A stretch of 34,824 bases of DNA from a virus, in the IMG/VR virus record IMGVR_UViG_3300021956_000006, positions 1 to 34,824 of that record, one strand, 5' to 3'. The position numbers were made by a program, and so were the translations under genes. Positions 8,224-14,088 of the stretch are shown here, piece after piece. Within the stretch, counting starts at the first letter, position 1; each line of letters opens with the position of its first letter. The notes under the pieces were generated by a model that ran no database searches, was not told the origin of the DNA, and was given only the letters and a program-made list of their open reading frames with translations.

Positions 8224-8459
8224 TTTTTCATCGCCCTGATATATAGCGCAAAGCTATGGGTTGTGTCTTTGCCAAATGCGCCCATGTTTTGAATCATGTC
8301 TGCCACTTCATCAATCACGTTATTTCTGAGTTCGTTATAAAACTCCTTTTGTGTTTTGGCTTTGAGTTGTGCCACATCATTTTCCAAACGATCTAGTTGC
8401 TGTTTAACAGCTTCCTGTTTGGCTTTGCTCTCGCGCTCAGTTTCATTAAATTCATTCAT
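8220..8459 (-). CDS. Hypothetical coiled-coil protein, 79 aa
   Basis: ATG 8459 forms an ATGA overlap with the upstream stop. Sequence begins MNEFNETERESKAKQEAVKQQLDRLENDVAQLKAK... Confidence 0.55.
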   Translation of the reverse strand: MNEFNETERESKAKQEAVKQQLDRLENDVAQLKAKTQKEFYNELRNNVIDEVADMIQNMGAFGKDTTHSFALYIRAMKK

Positions 8460-8764
8460 ATCAATTTCTTTTGCGTCGGCACAAACCGCCATCTGCGCTC
8501 TGATCTGCCTGATTTTGATCTGGTGGTGTCGCCTGTCAATTCCACCAGCCCCAACTTTTGCAGTTCAGGCAAGCGCCTAGCCACTTGGTTTCCATCCAAC
8601 CCAGTTAACTCAGCGATGCCATCCTTACCATGCGCCCCATACTTTTGCAGGCAGTCCAAAATTTTGTCAAAGTGCTGTTTGGCTAAATCCTTGGCTTGGT
8701 CTGCCGCGGCATGGCTTGTCACGGGGTCTAGCGCCCGTGCTCGCTCAAAAAGGCGCATCATCAA
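8456..8764 (-). CDS. Winged-helix DNA-binding protein (MarR-like fold, phage DP-TSH family)
   Basis: Contains ...LDPVTSHAAADQAK...ILDCLQKYGAHGKDGIAELTGLDGNQVARRLPELQKLGLVELTGDTTRSKSGRSERRWRFV. The start is uncertain: ATG at 8764, 8761, 8800 or 8851. Confidence 0.6.
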   Translation of the reverse strand: MMMRLFERARALDPVTSHAAADQAKDLAKQHFDKILDCLQKYGAHGKDGIAELTGLDGNQVARRLPELQKLGLVELTGDTTRSKSGRSERRWRFVPTQKKLI

Positions 8765-8975
8765 ATCGACCCTTTGAATTTGTCTTTTCCTCCAAGTCAT
8801 AGCAGTTTGCCCATCCATTCCAACCCCCTTCTGCCAGTGGCATTGCGTCAAATTTAATCTTCAGATTTCCATTGTCCTCAAATAAACTGCCAATGGTCAT
8901 GTAGCGTTTCTTTTCTTGACCGTCTTTATTTGTGTAAACGCCAGTTACCACGGTGATGTTTTTAATCTTTTTCAT
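8745..8975 (-). CDS. 76-aa protein with an SSB-like acidic C-terminal tip (FDDAPF); possible mini ssDNA-binding or recruitment protein
   Basis: AGGAG lies 5 nt before ATG 8975. The protein ends ...KGRFDDAPF, compared with ...DFDDDIPF in E. coli SSB. It lies next to the exonuclease and Erf genes. Confidence 0.4.
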   Translation of the reverse strand: MKKIKNITVVTGVYTNKDGQEKKRYMTIGSLFEDNGNLKIKFDAMPLAEGGWNGWANCYDLEEKTNSKGRFDDAPF

Positions 8976-8976
8976 C

Positions 8977-9588
8977 TTAACTCCTGAGTTTGTTTAATTG
9001 GGAAATTTTCTGGTCTACCTCTGCCAAGAACTCAATGACTTCTTTTTCAAGGTTTTGGACATAAAGTGGGTGAAATTCCACCCTCTTAATGAACAGTTGC
9101 AAGCCCTCGTCCATCCTTGGATCAAAACTTACAAAGTCACACCATTGGCGCTGAGTGCAGGCCATCTGCCATTGCATTTGCGTGTTGTACTTTTCAGGCA
9201 CTTTTTGATCTAACAAAGTCTGAATATGTGTGTGCGTATTGGGACACTTGATCTCCACCAATCCCAAATCCCCCACCAAGCCATCAGGAGACGCACCAGC
9301 GCCTGCAATTGTGGGATGAGCTACAAACCCCACTTCTTCCACCAAAACATCCTTGACGGACTCGTAAGCGGCTCTGGCAAAAGGTTCTTGGTCAGTCCCC
9401 CACTGCATGGCGGCATTTGAAAATGATTCAGCAGGTTTTTTGGTCATGCGCTCGCAAACCAGTTGGGCAAGGTAGTTGTCCCTGCTGGTGCTGTAACCTG
9501 ATTTGGTTTTGGCAATGATGTCTGCCACCCTGCTGGCGGTTACCTTGCCGCATCTGGCGGCATACCAATCTTCAGTCCCTTGTTGCAT
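8977..9588 (-). CDS. YqaJ-type (lambda-Exo-like) recombination exonuclease
   Basis: Contains GTEDWYAARCGKVTASRVADI...WGTDQEPFARAAYE...ASPDGLV...LVEIKCP, the typical YqaJ viral recombinase domain motifs. Confidence 0.88.
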   Translation of the reverse strand: MQQGTEDWYAARCGKVTASRVADIIAKTKSGYSTSRDNYLAQLVCERMTKKPAESFSNAAMQWGTDQEPFARAAYESVKDVLVEEVGFVAHPTIAGAGASPDGLVGDLGLVEIKCPNTHTHIQTLLDQKVPEKYNTQMQWQMACTQRQWCDFVSFDPRMDEGLQLFIKRVEFHPLYVQNLEKEVIEFLAEVDQKISQLNKLRS

Positions 9589-9790
9589 CTGTAATCTCCA
9601 CTTTTTGTTGTAAAAGAATCAATAAAGCCAAATCCAGTTGGCTGATGGCTTTGTAGGCTTTTTTCCGCAAATCAGCCGTGCGGTCAAATTCAGCCGTGTC
9701 TTTAATCGCCCTCTCCAAATGCCATTGGGTCAGCCCCTCAAGCGCTTGTTTGGCCATGATTAAGGTGTTCAGGGATATATCGTGTTTCAT
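9572..9790 (-). CDS. Hypothetical protein, 72 aa
   Basis: ATGA overlap at 9787-9790. Confidence 0.55.
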   Translation of the reverse strand: MKHDISLNTLIMAKQALEGLTQWHLERAIKDTAEFDRTADLRKKAYKAISQLDLALLILLQQKVEITDATRD

Positions 9791-9993
9791 TCTTCCCTCG
9801 CTTTTAGCATTGCGTCTGCCACTTTGTAGGCTTCAACAGAAACTTTTTCTAATTTTTCTTGGTCAATAGGAATGCAAAGCCAATATGACATAGCCCGTGC
9901 CGCAAAGTAATCACGCAAGGTCATGCCTTGCGATCCGTATTTGCCATCGCCATAATTGTGTATGTTTGTTGGGAATGCTGGTGGGTTGTTCAT
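9787..9993 (-). CDS. Hypothetical protein, 68 aa (GMTLRDYFAARAM motif)
   Basis: ATGA overlap at 9990-9993. The motif recurs in small phage proteins of unknown function. Confidence 0.6.
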   Translation of the reverse strand: MNNPPAFPTNIHNYGDGKYGSQGMTLRDYFAARAMSYWLCIPIDQEKLEKVSVEAYKVADAMLKAREE

Positions 9994-10556
9994 TTGCCCT
10001 CCAATTGGGTTTTCTTGGCATCCTTACGCGCAATCACTTGTTTTTGCCAAGCTGGATCGCCATTAGCGGCGGCATAAGCGGCTTTGTAGGTCTTTTGGAG
10101 TTCCTCTAACGTGTTTGTCTCGTCCATTGCCGCCATCAGGTCAGCCACTTGGCTTTCGTTAACCGTGGACTTGATCTCGGTGCGGCGGCTGGCGCTGTTG
10201 CCATCATCGTCTTCTGGCGCGATACCACAGGCGGCCATCAGGGAATAGCGTCTGGCATAAGTCAACGCTGACCCGTAGCCCTGTGGGTCTTGTTTGCTGG
10301 CAGGAACGTGCAATACACCGCACTCGAGCATCTCGCCAGATTCGTGGACAAACATGGTTTCGACCATCACGCCGTTGTCGCAGTCATAGCACTTCTGAAT
10401 CAACGCGATGCCGTTGTCGTTCAAGCCTGAGATAACTGCCTCCACGCAGGCGGCAAGGTCAGCGTAGCGTGACTTGAAATGCGGGTTTGTAGAAGACTTT
10501 AGGGCTGGCCCAAAGGCTCGTTGTGCTTTAACCAGTGCGGTTGCGATTTTTTGCAT
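9990..10556 (-). CDS. erf: ERF-family single-strand annealing protein
   Basis: Contains NPHFKSRYADLAACVEAV...GSALTYARRYSLMAACGI followed by an acidic tail. ATG 10556 follows GGAGA and overlaps the upstream TAA (TAATG). The ORF-track start at 10568 is TTG. Confidence 0.88.
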   Translation of the reverse strand: MQKIATALVKAQRAFGPALKSSTNPHFKSRYADLAACVEAVISGLNDNGIALIQKCYDCDNGVMVETMFVHESGEMLECGVLHVPASKQDPQGYGSALTYARRYSLMAACGIAPEDDDGNSASRRTEIKSTVNESQVADLMAAMDETNTLEELQKTYKAAYAAANGDPAWQKQVIARKDAKKTQLEGK

Positions 10557-10672
10557 TATGGTCTCCAAACAAAAAGGTCAAACAAAACCACCACGATGGC
10601 GGCAACAGATACGATCCACAGGGCGATTTGCGCCCAATCACGGGGTTTTTTGTAATGTTCAATGTCAAACAT
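10556..10672 (-). CDS. Tiny single-TM peptide, 38 aa (not in ORF track)
   Basis: Own translation: MFDIEHYKKPRDWAQIALWIVSVAAIVVVLFDLFVWRP. It is coupled at both ends (8-nt and 1-nt overlaps). Confidence 0.45.
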   Translation of the reverse strand: MFDIEHYKKPRDWAQIALWIVSVAAIVVVLFDLFVWRP

Positions 10673-10907
10673 AGTCGTCCTCCCATTTCGCTTTGTATTC
10701 GCGTTCTAAACTGTCAATGACAGCGGCAGACAGCACGTTGTAAAGGTCTGCTTGCCCAAGGTAGGCGTGCCATAAATTGCCCGTGACAGGGCAAAAATAG
10801 CAATCAAGTTCTTCCAGCAGATCGTCATGGATGATGACAACGTGGTCTAAGCCAGTGTCTACCATGATGCGAGCATCATTAAAGGGTAGGGTTTCAATGT
10901 GTTTCAT
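10665..10907 (-). CDS. Hypothetical acidic protein, 80 aa
   Basis: Second gene of the leftward operon, with SD AAGGAA before ATG 10907. Confidence 0.6.
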   Translation of the reverse strand: MKHIETLPFNDARIMVDTGLDHVVIIHDDLLEELDCYFCPVTGNLWHAYLGQADLYNVLSAAVIDSLEREYKAKWEDDYV

Positions 10908-10942
10908 GGTTGTTCCTTTGTAGGGGCTTGCGCCCCGTTTAG

Positions 10943-11131
10943 TTAAGCGTAAGACAAGCCTTGGAACTCAAAAGAATCCGCAAAATCTGGTGCGGCAGAT
11001 TTGCGAATTTCAATAGAAACGCAACCAAGACCGTAGCGTTCTGCTAGGTATTGTTTAGCGTCTGGGGTGTTGGCAACCACAAGAATAGTGGTAGCGTTGA
11101 AATCGGTGGGAGAGAAAGTGAAATCGGTCAT
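10943..11131 (-). CDS. Hypothetical protein, 62 aa; first gene of the leftward operon
   Basis: Strong SD (AGGAGG) lies 5 nt before ATG 11131, directly downstream of the predicted leftward promoter. Confidence 0.65.
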   Translation of the reverse strand: MTDFTFSPTDFNATTILVVANTPDAKQYLAERYGLGCVSIEIRKSAAPDFADSFEFQGLSYA

Positions 11132-11176
11132 GTGACCTCCTAAAAGACCCTATGCGTTGTGCTGGGGCATGGGTGT

Positions 11177-11205
11177 ATTATTAAGCCAACTTAACCCCAT
11201 GTCAA
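11177..11205 (-). promoter_or_regulatory. Leftward early promoter (TTGACA-17 nt-AATAAT)
   Basis: The minus strand reads TTGACAtggggttaagttggcttAATAAT, with -35 at 11200-11205 and -10 at 11177-11182. That is about 45 nt upstream of ATG 11131. Confidence 0.6.
11181..11194. promoter_or_regulatory. Palindromic operator candidate TTAAG-CCAA-CTTAA
   Basis: Perfect 5-4-5 inverted repeat inside the spacer and -10 of the leftward promoter. The 8-mer TTAAGCCA recurs at 11272-11279, and TTAAGAC occurs at 11209-11215. Confidence 0.5.
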
Positions 11206-11244
11206 CAGTTAAGACAGATTATTTTCTAGGGATTTACCCTAATG

Positions 11245-11272
11245 TTGCTTTTCTGTTAATCTAGCTTACAAT
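11245..11272 (+). promoter_or_regulatory. Rightward early promoter (TTGCTT-16 nt-TACAAT)
   Basis: -35 lies at 11245-11250 and -10 at 11267-11272. The -10 ends 6 nt before ATG 11279 and no SD is present, which implies a leaderless or near-leaderless mRNA. Confidence 0.5.
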
Positions 11273-11278
11273 TAAGCC

Positions 11279-11443
11279 ATGACTAAACAAGACCTTATCA
11301 AACTTGCAGGCTCACAAAGTGAACTTGCCAAGATTTTGGGCATTTCCAAGCCAGCGGTTTGCCAGTGGAAGAATGTGCCTGAACTACGCCTACGCCAGTT
11401 GAAAGACTTGCGCCCTGAATGGTTTACACAGGAGAAAACATGA
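11279..11443 (+). CDS. Cro/YdaS-like HTH regulator, 54 aa (not in ORF track)
   Basis: Own translation: MTKQDLIKLAGSQSELAKILGISKPAVCQWKNVPELRLRQLKDLRPEWFTQEKT. This is the classic YdaS/Cro-type HTH (GSQSxLAxxLGISxPAVxQW). Confidence 0.85.
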   Translation: MTKQDLIKLAGSQSELAKILGISKPAVCQWKNVPELRLRQLKDLRPEWFTQEKT

Positions 11444-11589
11444 AAAAAGCACTTTTTGCCCTTTGGTTGGCCGCCAGCACCACAATGGTCTGGGCTTCTT
11501 GCACATACAGCACTTATTCCCAAAATGGGCGCACAGTGACCTGTACAACCTGTTGTTACGGTAATTCTTGCCAGACCAATTGCTATTGA
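11440..11589 (+). CDS. Secreted Cys-rich peptide or small lipoprotein, 49 aa (not in ORF track)
   Basis: GGAG lies 5 nt upstream and the ATG overlaps the cro-like stop (ATGA). Own translation: MKKALFALWLAASTTMVWASCTYSTYSQNGRTVTCTTCCYGNSCQTNCY. It has a signal peptide followed by 6 Cys in about 30 aa. Confidence 0.65.
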   Translation: MKKALFALWLAASTTMVWASCTYSTYSQNGRTVTCTTCCYGNSCQTNCY

Positions 11590-11652
11590 TGTAACATTGT
11601 TTGAAACACGGCTAGGTGGGGGGTAGCTATCCCACCGAAAAGAGAACCCACC

Positions 11653-11675
11653 CCTCCTGCCGAGGTTTCTTTTTT
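11653..11675 (+). terminator. Weak intrinsic terminator or attenuator candidate
   Basis: CCTC-ctgcc-GAGG followed by TTTCTTTTTT, between the peptide gene and the replication genes. The stem is only 4 bp. Confidence 0.3.
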
Positions 11676-11697
11676 GGGTGGATTTTGGGGCGTGGGA

Positions 11698-12405
11698 ATG
11701 CACTTTTACCAATTTCACATTGGCGACTACAAATCGCACACACACCATCTTTCGTTGATAGAAGATTTGGCATTTCGCCGACTTCTTGACCATTACTATT
11801 TGCATGAAGTACCCATTAAACAGCGGGATATTGCAAGACAAATAGGGATGCGCGACAACGAACAAGAGGTTTTGACCGTACTTAACGAATTCTTTGTTTC
11901 AACTGAAAAAGGCTTTGTAAACCCTCGTGCTGACGAGGAAATTGCCAAATATCGCAAGTTTTCAGAGGATGGCAAAAAAGGGGCGGCAAAGAGGTGGCAT
12001 AAGGATGGCAATGGGGAGGCTATTAGCCCCCCTAATGCGACCCCAATAGCAACCAATAACCAAGAACCAATAACCAATAACCATAAACCAATAAGAATAC
12101 AAGCGCCCGATGGCGTGTCATCAGATGTTTGGGAATCATTTGTTGCCCAACGAAAAGCCAGCAGAGCAGTCATCACTGAAACCGTGATTAAGTCAATCCA
12201 GCGCGAAGCTACCAAAGCAGGCTGGACACTTGAACAAGCATTGGCAGAATGTGCCGCACGGGGTTGGCGTGGCTTTAAGGCTGACTGGGTTGCAGAAAAG
12301 CACACCAACTTAACCAAAACAGGGCAAATGAATCAATCGGTCATGTCTGGCTTAACACGCGGTCTTTTGGGAGGTGGCAACCATGTCAAATTTATTGAAT
12401 CCTGA
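11698..12405 (+). CDS. DUF1376/YdaU-family replication-associated protein
   Basis: ATG 11698. MHFYQFHIGDYKSHTHHLSLIEDLAFRRLLDHYYLHEVPI is the typical DUF1376 N-terminus. It occupies the position of lambda O. Confidence 0.8.
   Translation: MHFYQFHIGDYKSHTHHLSLIEDLAFRRLLDHYYLHEVPIKQRDIARQIGMRDNEQEVLTVLNEFFVSTEKGFVNPRADEEIAKYRKFSEDGKKGAAKRWHKDGNGEAISPPNATPIATNNQEPITNNHKPIRIQAPDGVSSDVWESFVAQRKASRAVITETVIKSIQREATKAGWTLEQALAECAARGWRGFKADWVAEKHTNLTKTGQMNQSVMSGLTRGLLGGGNHVKFIES
12043..12095. repeat. CCAATAA(C) heptamer or octamer repeats (six copies, four in tandem); ori-iteron candidate
   Basis: CCAATAGC 12043, CCAATAAC 12053, 12067 and 12074, CCATAAAC 12081, CCAATAAG 12088. The period is 7 nt, so the repeat is not in codon phase. 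Confidence 0.55.
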
Positions 12406-12742
12406 TGATGGCTTGGATTACATCTTTGCCAGAATGAGTGCCATATTTGGTGCGGCATTTACCCGCCATTGGGATGGCATTGACCCCAACCTAATACGCC
12501 AAGAATGGAAACGCCAGCTTGGTAACTTCCTGACCCATCAGCCCAGTTTGGATTACGCCATTGACCGTTTAAATGGAGAGTTTGTGCCAAGCGCCATCAA
12601 GTTCAGGGACTTTTGCAACGCTGGACCAGCTATCCCACGCGATGAACCGCAAATTACTTACAACCCTACGCCTGTTTCGCCTGAAGTTGTGGCAGAAGCA
12701 AAACGTAAACTTGCTGAATTGAAAAAGCAATATGAACAATGA
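12383..12742 (+). CDS. Lambda-P-like replication protein (N-terminal-domain-like), 119 aa
   Basis: GGAGG lies 8 nt before ATG 12383. IFGAAF...IRQEWKRQL...EFVPSAIKFRDFC parallels lambda P LLATFP...IRRQWVLAF...PFLPSPGQFVAWC, as I recall that sequence. Confidence 0.45.
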   Translation: MSNLLNPDDGLDYIFARMSAIFGAAFTRHWDGIDPNLIRQEWKRQLGNFLTHQPSLDYAIDRLNGEFVPSAIKFRDFCNAGPAIPRDEPQITYNPTPVSPEVVAEAKRKLAELKKQYEQ

Positions 12743-12977
12743 ACACAGAAAAATCGCCAATTCAATCCTTGATCGACACAAAGACGGGGAACAATTTAGC
12801 CAATCTGCCATTGACCAAGCGCTTAGAGATACAGGAGACCTTACGCCAGACGGAGGCGAGGTACTGGATCAAGCGGTTCAAGAAGATGGCCAAGGAGGAG
12901 GGTCAGTCAGAAGCATCAGCATGGTGGCAGAGAACCTTATCCGACTTAGTGAAAAGGCGTGGACAACCCGCCGTTGA
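12732..12977 (+). CDS. Hypothetical protein, 81 aa (frame chosen by codon usage; alternative frame is 12739-13017)
   Basis: Two nearly co-extensive ORFs are present. This frame uses GAA/CAA/AAA as the confident genes do and has G-rich first positions. The other frame is dominated by GAG/AAG/CAG with about 40 percent G at position 3. Confidence 0.45.
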   Translation: MNNEHRKIANSILDRHKDGEQFSQSAIDQALRDTGDLTPDGGEVLDQAVQEDGQGGGSVRSISMVAENLIRLSEKAWTTRR

Positions 12978-13000
12978 TGAACTTAGACAAAGAATGAACG

Positions 13001-13267
13001 ATGAGATACGCCGCTAGAACTGACGCAAACAAAGACCAGATAGTCGTTGCTTTAAGGGCGGCTGGCGCTTATGTGTGGGATTTAAAGTTACCTGTTGACC
13101 TTTTGGTGGGATATGCGGGGCATACCTTTCTTGTGGAGATCAAACGGGACAGCAAAGCCCCTTTAACAGCCCTACAACGGACTTTTTTTGAGAATTGGTC
13201 TGGAGGTACGCTGGCAAGGATTGACAGCCCTGACGCGGCTCTTAGGATGATTGGGGTATTAAAGTGA
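13001..13267 (+). CDS. PD-(D/E)xK nuclease, VRR-NUC/resolvase-like, 88 aa
   Basis: RTDANKDQIVVALRAAGAYV...PVDLLVGYAGHTFLVEIKR fits a D...ExK catalytic signature. This family is typical of lambdoid nin-type regions. Confidence 0.6.
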   Translation: MRYAARTDANKDQIVVALRAAGAYVWDLKLPVDLLVGYAGHTFLVEIKRDSKAPLTALQRTFFENWSGGTLARIDSPDAALRMIGVLK

Positions 13268-14088
13268 ATCCATACAAAATAACTGAACCAACGTGCATCA
13301 GTTTTAGTGGCGGCAGGACCAGCGCATATATGTTATATAAAGTATTAGAGTGCGGGGGGGGGCAACTGCCAGACGATGCAATTGTTTGTTTTGCCAACAC
13401 TGGCAAAGAAGATGAGGCAACTTTGAGATTTGTCCAAGCCTGTTCTGATAATTGGAATGTTGAAATACATTGGCTTGAATTTCGTGATGCCGACCCAGCT
13501 TTTGAACGTGTAACATTTGAAACCGCCAGTAGAAATGGTGAACCATTTGAAGCGCTAATAAGAAAAAGACAATATTTGCCGAATCCTGTGACTAGATTTT
13601 GTACATCAGAATTGAAAATTCGCACTATTCACAAATACCTTAAATCACTTGGATGGGATCATAATGAACAAATGGATTGGGTTGGTATGCGAGCAGATGA
13701 ACAACGCCGTGCCGCAAAAATTGCCGACAAATCAAGAATTCCTCTTGTTACTGCTGGCGTGACTAAGGAAACAGTTGGAGAATTTTGGCGCAATCAAACA
13801 TTTGATTTGGAATTGCCAAACATTAATGGTGTGACATATCACGGCAATTGTGATTTATGTTTTCTAAAAGGTGGTTCACAAGTGTTATCCCTAATTGCGG
13901 AGAAACCAGAACGTGGAATTTGGTGGGCAAAAATGGAGGCATTGGCATTGGCATTGGCATCCAAGCCAAGCGGGGCGGTATTTCGTTCTGATCGCCCATC
14001 TTATGCTTCCATGATTCAGTTTGCGTCTGACCAGACAGATATGTTTGGATCAGATGATGAATCAATTGCTTGTTTTTGTGGAGATTAA
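13264..14088 (+). CDS. PP-loop ATP-pyrophosphatase / PAPS-reductase-family protein (NinC-like position)
   Basis: GTG start forms a GTGA overlap. PP-loop ISFSGGRTSAY near the N-terminus, and C-terminal Cys pairs (GNCDLCF, ACFCGD). Codon usage is visibly A/T-rich (AGA, ATA, TTA). Confidence 0.75.
   Translation: MNPYKITEPTCISFSGGRTSAYMLYKVLECGGGQLPDDAIVCFANTGKEDEATLRFVQACSDNWNVEIHWLEFRDADPAFERVTFETASRNGEPFEALIRKRQYLPNPVTRFCTSELKIRTIHKYLKSLGWDHNEQMDWVGMRADEQRRAAKIADKSRIPLVTAGVTKETVGEFWRNQTFDLELPNINGVTYHGNCDLCFLKGGSQVLSLIAEKPERGIWWAKMEALALALASKPSGAVFRSDRPSYASMIQFASDQTDMFGSDDESIACFCGD
13354..13362. repeat. G9 homopolymer inside the PP-loop enzyme gene
   Basis: tgc ggg ggg ggg caa encodes CGGGQ. 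This is the longest G/C homopolymer run I saw in the window. Confidence 0.95.

Noticed and set aside
10923-10936. Hairpin GGGGC-ttgc-GCCCC between the first two leftward genes, and similar small hairpins at 1575-1615 and 6572-6598.
   Set aside because: No U-tract follows on the transcribed strand, so I do not call them terminators. They may be mRNA stability or processing elements, but the sequence offers no further support.
11272-11865. 197-aa minus-strand ORF spanning the cro-like gene, the peptide gene, an intergenic gap and the start of the DUF1376 gene.
   Set aside because: The translation is C/W/R/F-rich nonsense with no SD. It is antisense to two recognisable plus-strand genes and crosses a non-coding gap. 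It could have been mistaken for a missing repressor, but it has no HTH.
12739-13017. The 92-aa ORF in the alternative frame, considered as the real gene downstream of the P-like gene.
   Set aside because: Its codon usage (GAG, AAG and CAG dominant, G-heavy third positions) disagrees with confident genes. It is retained as an open question in the findings, because its ATGA junction and protein-like sequence are plausible.
13939-13960. Hexamer repeat (GCATTG), about 3.7 copies, in the PP-loop enzyme gene.
   Set aside because: It is in phase and encodes ALALALA. Unit changes would stay in frame, so it is not a switch like the G9 tract.
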